This document shows, piece by piece, positions 1-9,722 of a stretch of DNA of 64,000 nt. Made by a program: the position numbers and the translations under genes. The stretch comes from a virus. The stretch is from IMG/VR virus record IMGVR_UViG_3300040751_002893, positions 1 through 64,000 of that record; one strand, 5' to 3'. The notes beneath the pieces were generated by a model that saw only the letters and a program-made list of their open reading frames with translations, had not been told where the DNA came from and did not search any database. Numbering within the stretch: position 1 is the first letter of the stretch; every line of letters begins with the position of its first letter.

Positions 1-1
1 A

Positions 2-3000
2 TTTTTCCAATACAATATCACTTGATGGATTGGAAGAGCCATTGGTGTCTGTTTCCACTATAACATTTGTTGCTCCTACATCAATATCTAATATTGTACC
101 GTCACTAACAGAACTGGCTTCTTTTATTTCAAACCCTAAAGACCCTAACCGCTCAGGTATTAAAGTTTCTACGACAGCATTCAAAATACCAGACTCTCCA
201 ATACCAAACACATTTCCGCTTGGATGGTTAGATACACCAATCAATGTTTGATAGTTTGTTGTCTCAGGAAGAATATCTCCAATAGCATCAGGTAAGAAGT
301 CATGTGTCTCACTATTCTTACGGAAGAACAGGTTGTTCTCTTTCTTACCACCAGCAACACTCACTATTTCGTAATTTTCCGTGAAATTTCCGTGGTTAAC
401 ACTTGAGGTAGTGGTTTGTATATTGGCGATGTTCATAGCACGTTTTGTGCGGCCATCTCTGTAAAGTCTGGCTGATTTTTTAGCAGCATCAGGGTAGCTT
501 CCAGTGTTTGGATGTCCAAAGATTCCTGTTAGACCATATTGAGGGTCTGTCAGGCCAAGAGCGCCATCAGAGTCTCCACCAGATTCAACAACAAGGAATC
601 TCCATGCTTCTGGTCTTGTGTAGAGGTTGTGAATGTTATTTGGAGGCGCTGTAGCTGCTTCCTCATCGTAAAGTGAAGTATCGTATCTATTCAAATCAAC
701 ATGTCTTGCTTGGTGGCCACCTACCCACTGTTGTGTAAAAGGACCTTGCAATGGGATATCATTTGAGAAGTCTGTTATATCTGTATGTAGGTTTGTTACG
801 ACAGCATCAGATTTATAGCCAGAGGATATTCTAGCGTTATAACCGGTTGTAATGGAGCCAGAATAGATCTCAAACGGAAGCTTAAATGCACCCTTTACAG
901 AATATTCATATGAATTCGTATCATCGATAGGAGTAAATGTTCCGCCCGGTGAACCTTCCGAATGTTTACCAACGTTAACGATAGTGTTGAACTTTTTCTT
1001 TTGGTTTGGTTTCTCAATATCATCACACTCAACAGGCAATTCAATACCTTGGCCTTCACCGGCTCCAACGAGAAGAACGTTGACAGGGAAACCTTCGCTT
1101 GATAATGCAGAGTGTCTTTGTGTTGTTGACCAAACATAGTCTCTATCTTTCTGTAGTGTTGAGTTAATACCCGGATGGAATGTTTGAGATATTACAGAGT
1201 TCATTTGTATTGTCTCAGAGAAACGACGGACACCGTATGTTGACGTTGTATATAAGCCGCTACTACCCGATACCGTTGTGCCCTCAGCATTGTTTCTATT
1301 ACCAATAACTTGTCTTATAGTCTCGCGCTCAGGGATATCGGTTCTCTCAGCACGTTCTCTTTGCCACAAACAGTTATCATTGTCTCCAGCACCAGCCTCA
1401 ATGGGAGCATGTCCAAACTCCCAACGGTATTTTGACTGACCGATACCAACTGCACGACCTTCTGTCGCTGTATGAGTTGTGATCAACGGGAACTTGTTTT
1501 GATATTTGTTTCTCTCAAACAGATGAGATTCGACAACATCGGAGATACCTTTTGAGAAGCGAACGCTCATTGGGAACATCTGAGATACCATATAGGATAC
1601 CGAAGAGTCAATCCATTTGAAGTATTCTGTAAATCTATCGAAGTCGGGGTCTTGCTCAACATCTTCGAAGAACATACGGCGAACGTGATTGAGTTTTTTG
1701 TATTCAAGGCGATATCGTTCAACAGCCTCACCCATAAGGTTTGACATTTCTTGTGCAGTTGAGAGTGTTCTCATCATCTCCTCAGAAATGGTTTGATACT
1801 TGCTCTTTTCAAGAGCGTAGAAATTATCACTTACATCTTCGTCTTCGATGAAGTATTCTTCTTGTTCTCCTTTGATAGTCACGCCATCAGCGCTATAACC
1901 AATCTCAGGAAGTTCTTTCTTTGATGAATATACGATTTCATTCGCAGCGATAGTTGTAGAAGCAGGGAAACCAAAGCCTTTTGCTCTGTGTTCACGTCTC
2001 ACAATATTGTCTATCCAACCATATCGTGTATCAGTTGAACCGCTTGATGCGTCAACAGCTATAAACTCACCAGAACCATCAGATGTTGACACCAATTCAA
2101 AGTCCCAATCTGCTGCTAATAATTCATAAGTTGGTATTTCGTAACCTTCCAAGTCTTTTGAGAACATTGTGGAAGGACGTGCTGTTCGCTTATTACCTTT
2201 GCTTGATACGTCTCTGTTGTGAAGTTTGACTTCATCATTACCAACATAGTCATACCATAGATTGAAACGACCTGCTTTGATATCTGTTTGTTCTAGAACA
2301 CTTCCTGTAAAGTTTGTTCTGTGTGAACCAACATAGAAGCGCTTTGCACTTGACAGATAAGCAGAGCCAGTTTCATAGTTTAGGCTTTGAGTCAAGAAGA
2401 ATTCATTTTTGACTGTATCAAAAGCATGGTTCACGCCGTAGAACTCAAGCACATAGTCTCGGTTTGACGAGGTTACAACATTACCAGCGATAGGATAGTC
2501 TTCTGGCTTTACTCTTACCGAGATATTCCAAGGTTCGTTTGAGTAAATTTCCTTATATACCGGACTCTCAAGTGTAATATTACCATCGTAATCTTTAAGC
2601 AAAAACTTTCCACTTGATGATTCAAGCTCATCTCTTACCAAATAGACTTGGAAGTTAGCAGTATCGTCACCATCGATTACTGTTTCCAAAGGATCTCCGT
2701 CGTTCAAAGTACCGATAATAAAACTTGACGAAACTTGAGAAGCACTTACGGTTGCAGGTCCTGTCGAACCAGACTGAAGTGTAAAGGTTGCTGTTGCGCC
2801 ATCTGCTCCAGTATAAGTTGTGTTCCCAAAATTTGCTGAGAATATATCGTTGAGGGCAGCGGTCAATTCATTTCTTATTGTGGTGTCACTCTTGGCATCT
2901 CCGAAAGGATTGACTGAAGTGAAGAATTGTAACCTATCATTTTGCTGGGCTGAGCCATAAGAATATAATTCAGGATAAGTACCGGCACTAGAACTTAAGT

Positions 3001-5974
3001 TTAACCCAGAGCCAGGAAAAACACTGCTTACCAAATCTCCAGAAGATGGAGAGCCAAAATAGTCATCATATCCAACTTTATACCATGCTAATATGTTACT
3101 GGGGTTAACTGAGGTCGGATTTACCCATTGGTTGTTTTTTGATGTATATTTTCCATTATCAGCCAAAAGTGAACCAGATCTAATTACAACATCTCCAATA
3201 GCTGACTGGTCATCAACGATGAGTCTAAACTCTTCAAAGTCATTTGTGAACCCGGTTCCTGCGGGAAAGGCCTCAGTTGAAAACAAGGTATTGTTTTTAT
3301 GAAGAGTGGCTTGATATCCTCCACCCGATGGGTCAGAGAAATCAAAATGAAATGATAAATGGTTCCATTCATCAGTATTACTAACAGCACTTGAGAAAGT
3401 TACATTGTCCGCCACACTACCGGTAACAATGGTAATTCTGATATCTCCGGAGCCAATGTGAGGAAGTACAGAAAGTCTTACCGTGCCACCAGAGTCTAAG
3501 AAAAATAATTGTTCAAGCGAAGATACTGTATCATTGGAATCTAGATAATACCAAAAAGAAAGAGAAAAATAATCATACCCTGCATTACTAACCTCTAAGC
3601 CTGTAAGCCCTGTACCTGTTCTAAAGCGACGATCTCCAGAGCCAGTGACTTTGAGGTTTAAACCATAAGAACCTGTATAAATAATATGGTCTATTGTTGA
3701 TGGATCTGTTGCTAAAGCCTGATTCGGATCAGCAGAAACAATAAGCGCTGTATCTGAGCCTGCTGTTAGCTCCAATATCGCTTGGTGTTCTAAACTAGAA
3801 CTTGTAACCATATCAAATGATATAGAGGCATATTGTGGAGTCTCAATTGTTGCAGATGAACCCCAAGTATAATCAGAAGCATCAGGTGCTGCAGTGTGCA
3901 TACCAAACACAGAGGCGCTTAGGAATGGTGTATCGAAGTGACCTTCATCGAAAAAACCAAGTTTCTTTGGTGCAATAATCGACACTTCACTTGACATAGC
4001 ATTATATTGCTCAAGTTTTTCATCTCCGGAGCCTGAAGTGTAGGTCAACGTGTGATTAACAGAGCTTGTTTGGAAGATAGAGCCGCCGAGATTCTCTTTC
4101 TTATTGAAATCAACATACTTCTTATTGAGGCTTGTATGTTTGAAAGCATCTGAGAAGTAGTGAGTTCCCTCATCTGTATATACATTTAGTTTGACCAGTT
4201 CATCATCGATACCAAAGCAACGAAGCATATTACGAATAGCACCCTCTGTTCCTTTATGTTTGTAGATATCTTCAAGGTTGTTGTAGATATTTGTATAGAT
4301 TTGGTTCTTGATATCAGTTACTTTCTTCTCAAATTGAACTTGATTGAGGTCTCGGTCACCAAAGGCTTCCAAAACGTCGGAGTCAGCAAAAAGGTTTGCT
4401 ACGATAAGACCTTTGTCTTCAAGCAAACGATCAGCGAATGGTAAGGGCTTGTAACTTGATTCGGGATATACTTTGTTCTTGAGATGAGGTAACGCTCCAA
4501 TTTGAACGTGAAGTGTGTCGAAGTAGCTTGCAATGATTTGATACAGCTTTTTTGTTGCGAAGTCATTTGCTTCATCTTCGTCTCTAATCCATTGTGGAAC
4601 CTTGTTGTATAGCAGAGCAGGGTTCTCAAGGTCATGAGCGCTACCAGAAGCCATGAGTTCTTCTTTGAGAGATACAACGTCAGCATGTGAGCTATAGATG
4701 ATTGGATCTTTAGGTTCAGATGTCAACAAACCAGACTCAACAAAAGCAGAGTCAGTTGAACGAGCACCAGAAGTATATCCAGTCCATGAGCCATTTACGA
4801 GGCGACCTGAATAGTCTAGTACGGTAGAGTCTATAGAAGTATTGCCAACAACGCCTTCGTTGAACTTATAATATACACCGAGATATACGTTTGCGTCATC
4901 TGTGTTTGTTCCACCGCCAACATGACGATACCAGTTGTTATAAATTTGTTTTGAGGTTCTTCGGGTCTTCCAATAACGGAAATCATCAATGCTTGCACTT
5001 AGCTTACCAGCGTATTGAACAGCGGATGAACCAGATGGTGAAGTTTGAAGAGCACCGATATAACCATTGATAAGACCGCCAATCTCGTTGATACCTGTTG
5101 AACCAAGAGATTTGCTCTCGTTAAGTTCTCCGTCAACATATAAACGGCCTGTGATAGTTGAAGAAGCAGAAACAAAGCTTAGAGCATAGTGGTGCCAATC
5201 AGATAATGATGAGGTTGTGACAGTAGCTGTTCCGATGGACTGTTCATAAAAACCATCAGTTCCAGATTGTAATGTCACGATGAAAGTGTCTTCGCCGTTT
5301 GCTGTACCAGATAGAGCAAGTGTAAAGCGGCCATAGTCAGATGAAGATGACGCTTCGCCATTCCAAAGGTCAAGTATAACTTCTTTCTCGGTCTTTGCAA
5401 GATCAAACGCGTCTTTCTTGAGCCAGAACTCTGTTGTGATACCTTGAGCCAAGTCCATCTTAAGGCTTGATACTCTGTTCTTTTCTTCATCATACACGAC
5501 AGACTTATCAAACCATTTTCTCAATTCAGAGTTTGTGTTCTCATCAGGAACGTGAATACCACCTCTCATAAAGATGTATTCATTACTATCAGACAAACCA
5601 TAACCATCAGCTTCAGACTGTTGAGTTCCCCATCCACCGTGTGATAGGTTGATGTAGCCGTTTGTCTTTGGGTATCGGTTATCTAAAATATACTTGTCAA
5701 GATAAGACGATGAGAGTTCGAATTGAAGCTTCTCATTCTCAGAGCCATCATATGGATACTCGTTATGAATCCTTTCAATGGCGTTCTTATAATATTCTTC
5801 GGCTGAACCAAACTTTGCAAAGTTGGATGCTGATGCGAAGTCAATGAACGGTTGGAACGTTTCATTTCGCTGTGTTGTTGAGAGAACGAAGTCTTTTGAC
5901 TCTACATCTGCACTTCCACTAGAAGCATTCTCAACTGTCTTTGTCTTGTTGTTAAATAAACTTTTAATACTCAT
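2..5974 (-). CDS. Very large virion structural (tail/baseplate-associated) protein with LamG/ConA-like domains; partial, runs off left edge
   Basis: ATG at 5974 (MSIKSLFNNK...) overlaps the stop of the upstream gene. Frame is open where checked near position 1, so it is absent from the ORF track for lack of a stop. Contains LamG-like WHHYALSF...GRLYVDGEL and IDDFRYW. Confidence 0.75.
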   Translation of the reverse strand, partial: MSIKSLFNNKTKTVENASSGSADVESKDFVLSTTQRNETFQPFIDFASASNFAKFGSAEEYYKNAIERIHNEYPYDGSENEKLQFELSSSYLDKYILDNRYPKTNGYINLSHGGWGTQQSEADGYGLSDSNEYIFMRGGIHVPDENTNSELRKWFDKSVVYDEEKNRVSSLKMDLAQGITTEFWLKKDAFDLAKTEKEVILDLWNGEASSSSDYGRFTLALSGTANGEDTFIVTLQSGTDGFYEQSIGTATVTTSSLSDWHHYALSFVSASSTITGRLYVDGELNESKSLGSTGINEIGGLINGYIGALQTSPSGSSAVQYAGKLSASIDDFRYWKTRRTSKQIYNNWYRHVGGGTNTDDANVYLGVYYKFNEGVVGNTSIDSTVLDYSGRLVNGSWTGYTSGARSTDSAFVESGLLTSEPKDPIIYSSHADVVSLKEELMASGSAHDLENPALLYNKVPQWIRDEDEANDFATKKLYQIIASYFDTLHVQIGALPHLKNKVYPESSYKPLPFADRLLEDKGLIVANLFADSDVLEAFGDRDLNQVQFEKKVTDIKNQIYTNIYNNLEDIYKHKGTEGAIRNMLRCFGIDDELVKLNVYTDEGTHYFSDAFKHTSLNKKYVDFNKKENLGGSIFQTSSVNHTLTYTSGSGDEKLEQYNAMSSEVSIIAPKKLGFFDEGHFDTPFLSASVFGMHTAAPDASDYTWGSSATIETPQYASISFDMVTSSSLEHQAILELTAGSDTALIVSADPNQALATDPSTIDHIIYTGSYGLNLKVTGSGDRRFRTGTGLTGLEVSNAGYDYFSLSFWYYLDSNDTVSSLEQLFFLDSGGTVRLSVLPHIGSGDIRITIVTGSVADNVTFSSAVSNTDEWNHLSFHFDFSDPSGGGYQATLHKNNTLFSTEAFPAGTGFTNDFEEFRLIVDDQSAIGDVVIRSGSLLADNGKYTSKNNQWVNPTSVNPSNILAWYKVGYDDYFGSPSSGDLVSSVFPGSGLNLSSSAGTYPELYSYGSAQQNDRLQFFTSVNPFGDAKSDTTIRNELTAALNDIFSANFGNTTYTGADGATATFTLQSGSTGPATVSASQVSSSFIIGTLNDGDPLETVIDGDDTANFQVYLVRDELESSSGKFLLKDYDGNITLESPVYKEIYSNEPWNISVRVKPEDYPIAGNVVTSSNRDYVLEFYGVNHAFDTVKNEFFLTQSLNYETGSAYLSSAKRFYVGSHRTNFTGSVLEQTDIKAGRFNLWYDYVGNDEVKLHNRDVSSKGNKRTARPSTMFSKDLEGYEIPTYELLAADWDFELVSTSDGSGEFIAVDASSGSTDTRYGWIDNIVRREHRAKGFGFPASTTIAANEIVYSSKKELPEIGYSADGVTIKGEQEEYFIEDEDVSDNFYALEKSKYQTISEEMMRTLSTAQEMSNLMGEAVERYRLEYKKLNHVRRMFFEDVEQDPDFDRFTEYFKWIDSSVSYMVSQMFPMSVRFSKGISDVVESHLFERNKYQNKFPLITTHTATEGRAVGIGQSKYRWEFGHAPIEAGAGDNDNCLWQRERAERTDIPERETIRQVIGNRNNAEGTTVSGSSGLYTTSTYGVRRFSETIQMNSVISQTFHPGINSTLQKDRDYVWSTTQRHSALSSEGFPVNVLLVGAGEGQGIELPVECDDIEKPNQKKKFNTIVNVGKHSEGSPGGTFTPIDDTNSYEYSVKGAFKLPFEIYSGSITTGYNARISSGYKSDAVVTNLHTDITDFSNDIPLQGPFTQQWVGGHQARHVDLNRYDTSLYDEEAATAPPNNIHNLYTRPEAWRFLVVESGGDSDGALGLTDPQYGLTGIFGHPNTGSYPDAAKKSARLYRDGRTKRAMNIANIQTTTSSVNHGNFTENYEIVSVAGGKKENNLFFRKNSETHDFLPDAIGDILPETTNYQTLIGVSNHPSGNVFGIGESGILNAVVETLIPERLGSLGFEIKEASSVSDGTILDIDVGATNVIVETDTNGSSNPSSDIVLEK

Positions 5975-7457
5975 CTTGTTCTACTCTGATTTTAAATGTA
6001 TAAGGCTGTTCTCTGTATGACGATAGTGAGTCTTCGTAGAAAGACAACTTCAACTCGTAAGTATATCCAGCCTCTAATAAGTCCATATCTAAATCAAAGT
6101 AGTTTCCATCAGAGTCATATGAAAGCATGGTCTCAGCAGTTGAGCCAGTTCCGTATGGTATCACTATCTTCTTATCTTGTGCTCTCGTTATTTGATACGA
6201 TGCACTTTCTATCAATGTGTTCTCCGGTGTTGACTTAGCAACAGTATAAATGTTCGGAGACCAATTCTTTTCTCTCACATAAAGTTGGAAACGCTCGGTT
6301 TGACCTCTTGTGTATTTTGGCTTGAGGTTCTTGACGTTCACAACATACTTGGTGTTTGGATTATAGTTTGAGAAGCTATGGTCATTAGGAACGATAACCG
6401 AACCTGTATGGAGTTCACTTCCAGACATTGTCCAAACATCAACAAGGTATGGATAGGTTGTATCAACAGCACCGCCTGTTACAGAAAAGGTTGCCTTGTA
6501 AACACCAATGTCTTCTCGTGATGCAGAAAGAAAATTTACCGCATTGTTGGAACTATCACGAAAATAAAGCGCGTCACCTTCAGGGGCAGACCCAGAAGAC
6601 TTGTAAAGGTTTAGAACGGGTCTAGCAGCAGAACTTCCAGCAATATCGCGAAGTTTTCCCCTAATGTAGTTATACATATAAAGTGTGTTTAGGTTCTCAG
6701 CAGCAGGAGCAAGAGAAGAACTGAAATAGAAATTACCACGGTTGTCTCGTCTTGTTGAGTCCCAACGTGCTTCCAATACAGGTCTATCGAAGAAATGTTC
6801 GGAAGAACGAGCAAAGAACTTCTTTGTATAATATGATATCTCAGCACCAGAAGGGTTTGCTGATGAGGATGCTTCATATGAAGATGAAAGTTTGATACCA
6901 AAACCATGGTTTTCTTTTGTAGTATCCAGCCATTCTTCTACAAGACTTGTAACGTTGACATCAACATCTTCGTCGCCTTTGTCAAATGAAGCAAGAAAAA
7001 ACGGAGAAGCATGATAGTCTCCACCTTGCTCATCCCATGCAGCACCAGAAGATGCATTGACCCAGTTTGAACCAATACCTCCATATGTCTCATCAGAATA
7101 GTTCTCCATATCAAGACCATTTCCTTCTTCCCAAGACGCAGATACAGCGAGAATCTCAAGGTCGTAGTTCTTTGGGAGAGTCCACGGATGACGAGCGTTG
7201 AACATCTTGAGGTGATATGTTACACCTGTGCTTGGAATAACTCCGTTGTCAATATCTGTTTGGATATCATCAACTGGAAACTTGATCAAGATGCGAGCGA
7301 GTTCTGTCGAAGTTGAACTTTCCTGTGCATAGATTGAGAACACTTCAAGGATATCTGCTTGGCCCATATTAGAGCCTGTGCCTCTAACTGTGAGGTTTTC
7401 TTGAAATGCATTTGTTATTGTATTGTCCGCTTCTGCGAAATATCTTTTAATTGCCAT
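5964..7457 (-). CDS. Virion structural protein, DNRLRE/beta-sandwich-like domain
   Basis: 497 aa ORF with ADNTI...RILIKF...WEEGNG...W...GGD...NHGFGIK...PVLE pattern typical of DNRLRE-type phage proteins; in baseplate cluster. Confidence 0.6.
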   Translation of the reverse strand: MAIKRYFAEADNTITNAFQENLTVRGTGSNMGQADILEVFSIYAQESSTSTELARILIKFPVDDIQTDIDNGVIPSTGVTYHLKMFNARHPWTLPKNYDLEILAVSASWEEGNGLDMENYSDETYGGIGSNWVNASSGAAWDEQGGDYHASPFFLASFDKGDEDVDVNVTSLVEEWLDTTKENHGFGIKLSSSYEASSSANPSGAEISYYTKKFFARSSEHFFDRPVLEARWDSTRRDNRGNFYFSSSLAPAAENLNTLYMYNYIRGKLRDIAGSSAARPVLNLYKSSGSAPEGDALYFRDSSNNAVNFLSASREDIGVYKATFSVTGGAVDTTYPYLVDVWTMSGSELHTGSVIVPNDHSFSNYNPNTKYVVNVKNLKPKYTRGQTERFQLYVREKNWSPNIYTVAKSTPENTLIESASYQITRAQDKKIVIPYGTGSTAETMLSYDSDGNYFDLDMDLLEAGYTYELKLSFYEDSLSSYREQPYTFKIRVEQDEY

Positions 7458-9256
7458 TACTTTGCTATCCCTTTGATGTCTTCGTCTGGAAATCTAAGTT
7501 CCAAGATTGTATTGTCTGGTGTATGAAAGAACGTGCCGTCTTTGGAAAGAACCTTGTCCATATCTAAGTTAACGCTTGAATATGCGCCACCTGTTTTGTT
7601 ATATACCTTCACCTTGCGCACGTCAACAACACCGTCTACTCTGTTTAGAATCTCATACACTCTTGTCACGTAAAGCGGTTCTCCAATATACATCTTATCG
7701 CTATATAAGCTTTTGACCTCACTAATACACTGTCTAAGAACTGCGTCTTGTGAGAAACGCTTATCAACCATTACGGTGAACTCAATGCGAAAGTTAACTA
7801 TCTTAGGATCATATATCTCAATCTGATCGTTCATCGCTTTGTATTGGTTGAGCCAGTTTTTGATATTGTTCTTGGTTGTTGAATTGGTCATCTCCAAAAT
7901 GCCGTTATTATTTTGAGAAATTACATAAAGTGACAACTTTCTGTTTGTCGATGAAGGGTCATTGATGATATTAGCTCTTGAAACTGCACCATATTGAGGA
8001 GGCATATTGTATACCAGTGACTCGTAGTCTTGTTTTGTGACCGCTCTATTCTGTGTAGCGTAATGAGACTTTGCTCTCTGTTTAAGTTCTTCGGTTGAGA
8101 TATCGACATTGATTGAGGTTATTGGGTCATCATTGTTAACCTCCAACGAACTCTCAACAAATAGTCTTTGTGAGTTTGTGAGAACTGTGATATCATCAAA
8201 TATAAACGTCTTTGTACCAACGTTTGAGATACTGTTAGCTGCTACGTTCGTGCTCTGTGGAGAGTTTGAGCGATATACAATTGACAACTGAGTGTTTGAT
8301 GGTGCTATACCGAGCTTATTGGTCGACAAAAGCTTTGTAGGATCGAAAGATTTGGAACTAACATAATCTTTGCCTTGCATTTTGAGAGCTACTCTAGACG
8401 GATCTGTGATACCACCATCGTCTTCGTCCTCAGAACCAAAACCAAATTGAAGATATGTCCCAGTATCATCTTGTTCAACAGTGAACCTTCTTGTGGTTGC
8501 AAATGGCTTGAGAATAGAGCGAACGCCATCGGTGGCTGCATTTTGATTTGTGGTCTCAACGAATACCACTTCTTGAGAAAGGTTATCAACTTCATAATAT
8601 CGGTTGCCTTCGGTGTCATACACAGAAATGATTTGAGATATATTTGATGCCCCAACACGAACTTTTTTGAAGCGCTCAAAAGCAGAATTCAGAAGGTCAA
8701 CAGTTGCAATATTCAATACACCAGATTGAACTTGACCGAAGTTACGAACAGCAAAATAAGTTGTTGCTCCAGTTGAAGAGTCGAATCTAGCTGCTACGAT
8801 ATCCGATGATGCATCCGCAAAGTCCACATCTTCTGAGAGTATGAAGTTACCTCCGTCTGATGTTGAGAACGAAGTCCCTGCTTTCAATATTGGAAGATAA
8901 GTTTGATCAGGTGCTGTGCCGTCGGTATTAGCGGGGCACAAAATGAATAGAGAAACAGTTCCAAATGATGATGGGGTTCCTGCAAACTTGTATCCCAATG
9001 CTCTCGCATGCTTTCTGATATTATCAAATTCAAGCGAAGTATCTAGGAAGCTTTCATTTACATGATAGTCCAGATAATATGATAAAATGTCACCTGTATA
9101 TGCTACGGTGTCTAATACAAGAGATCCAAAAGAAGCCGCTGAGAAGTCTCTGTATCCATCCGGATAGTATCTCTTTGCGTATTCAACCAAGTCTTGTTTG
9201 ATGCTCTCAAAGTCTCTGCTTGTGTATTTAACTGCTATGTTCTTATTTTTTGGCAT
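7457..9256 (-). CDS. Baseplate wedge subunit, T4 gp6-like
   Basis: YTSRDFESIKQDL...DF...G..LD..AY.GD.LSYYLD...NE.FL and QNRAVTKQDY motifs; start taken at MPKNKN. Confidence 0.9.
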   Translation of the reverse strand: MPKNKNIAVKYTSRDFESIKQDLVEYAKRYYPDGYRDFSAASFGSLVLDTVAYTGDILSYYLDYHVNESFLDTSLEFDNIRKHARALGYKFAGTPSSFGTVSLFILCPANTDGTAPDQTYLPILKAGTSFSTSDGGNFILSEDVDFADASSDIVAARFDSSTGATTYFAVRNFGQVQSGVLNIATVDLLNSAFERFKKVRVGASNISQIISVYDTEGNRYYEVDNLSQEVVFVETTNQNAATDGVRSILKPFATTRRFTVEQDDTGTYLQFGFGSEDEDDGGITDPSRVALKMQGKDYVSSKSFDPTKLLSTNKLGIAPSNTQLSIVYRSNSPQSTNVAANSISNVGTKTFIFDDITVLTNSQRLFVESSLEVNNDDPITSINVDISTEELKQRAKSHYATQNRAVTKQDYESLVYNMPPQYGAVSRANIINDPSSTNRKLSLYVISQNNNGILEMTNSTTKNNIKNWLNQYKAMNDQIEIYDPKIVNFRIEFTVMVDKRFSQDAVLRQCISEVKSLYSDKMYIGEPLYVTRVYEILNRVDGVVDVRKVKVYNKTGGAYSSVNLDMDKVLSKDGTFFHTPDNTILELRFPDEDIKGIAK

Positions 9257-9298
9257 GCACAACCCTCTTAACTACAATAAGTAGTTTTGCTTGTTATT

Positions 9299-9721
9299 TT
9301 AAAGTGAGTTGTTATTAACTTCACTGACTGTCAAGTTAAATACTGTTGAGGTGCCTGAGTTATCAACTGAATAGCGGATCTTAACATTCAACATATTATC
9401 AAATTGAGAGCCACCGATCTCCAACTCTTGTATTGTTATATAAGGCACATATGTGCGAACTTGAGACAAGATGTTCTCGCGGAGAGGAGGAAGGTTACCA
9501 AACCCTCTATCGATTGTTGTCTCGTTCTCAAAAAGATAGTTTCTCATTCCAACACCAAAATTTGGAAACATAATTCGTTCTCCGGGTGATGTCAAGAGAA
9601 CCATTTTAAGATTTTGATCTACAACCTTTGTTAGATCTGTAAGAGCGAGTTCTGAGTATGCTCCTGTCTCTTCATTAATCTGCAATGGAAATTGCGGTGC
9701 TAGTCTTGTTGGTATAGCCAT
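9299..9721 (-). CDS. Baseplate wedge subunit, gp25/GPW-like
   Basis: QNLKMVLLTSPGERIMFPNFGVG..YLFE signature; adjacent to gp6-like gene. Confidence 0.9.
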   Translation of the reverse strand: MAIPTRLAPQFPLQINEETGAYSELALTDLTKVVDQNLKMVLLTSPGERIMFPNFGVGMRNYLFENETTIDRGFGNLPPLRENILSQVRTYVPYITIQELEIGGSQFDNMLNVKIRYSVDNSGTSTVFNLTVSEVNNNSL

Positions 9722-9722
9722 C

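Noticed and set aside
1-5960. Apparent 6-kb gene desert or recoded region
   Set aside because: One long minus-strand ORF lacking a stop inside the window; other genes read normally in the standard code.
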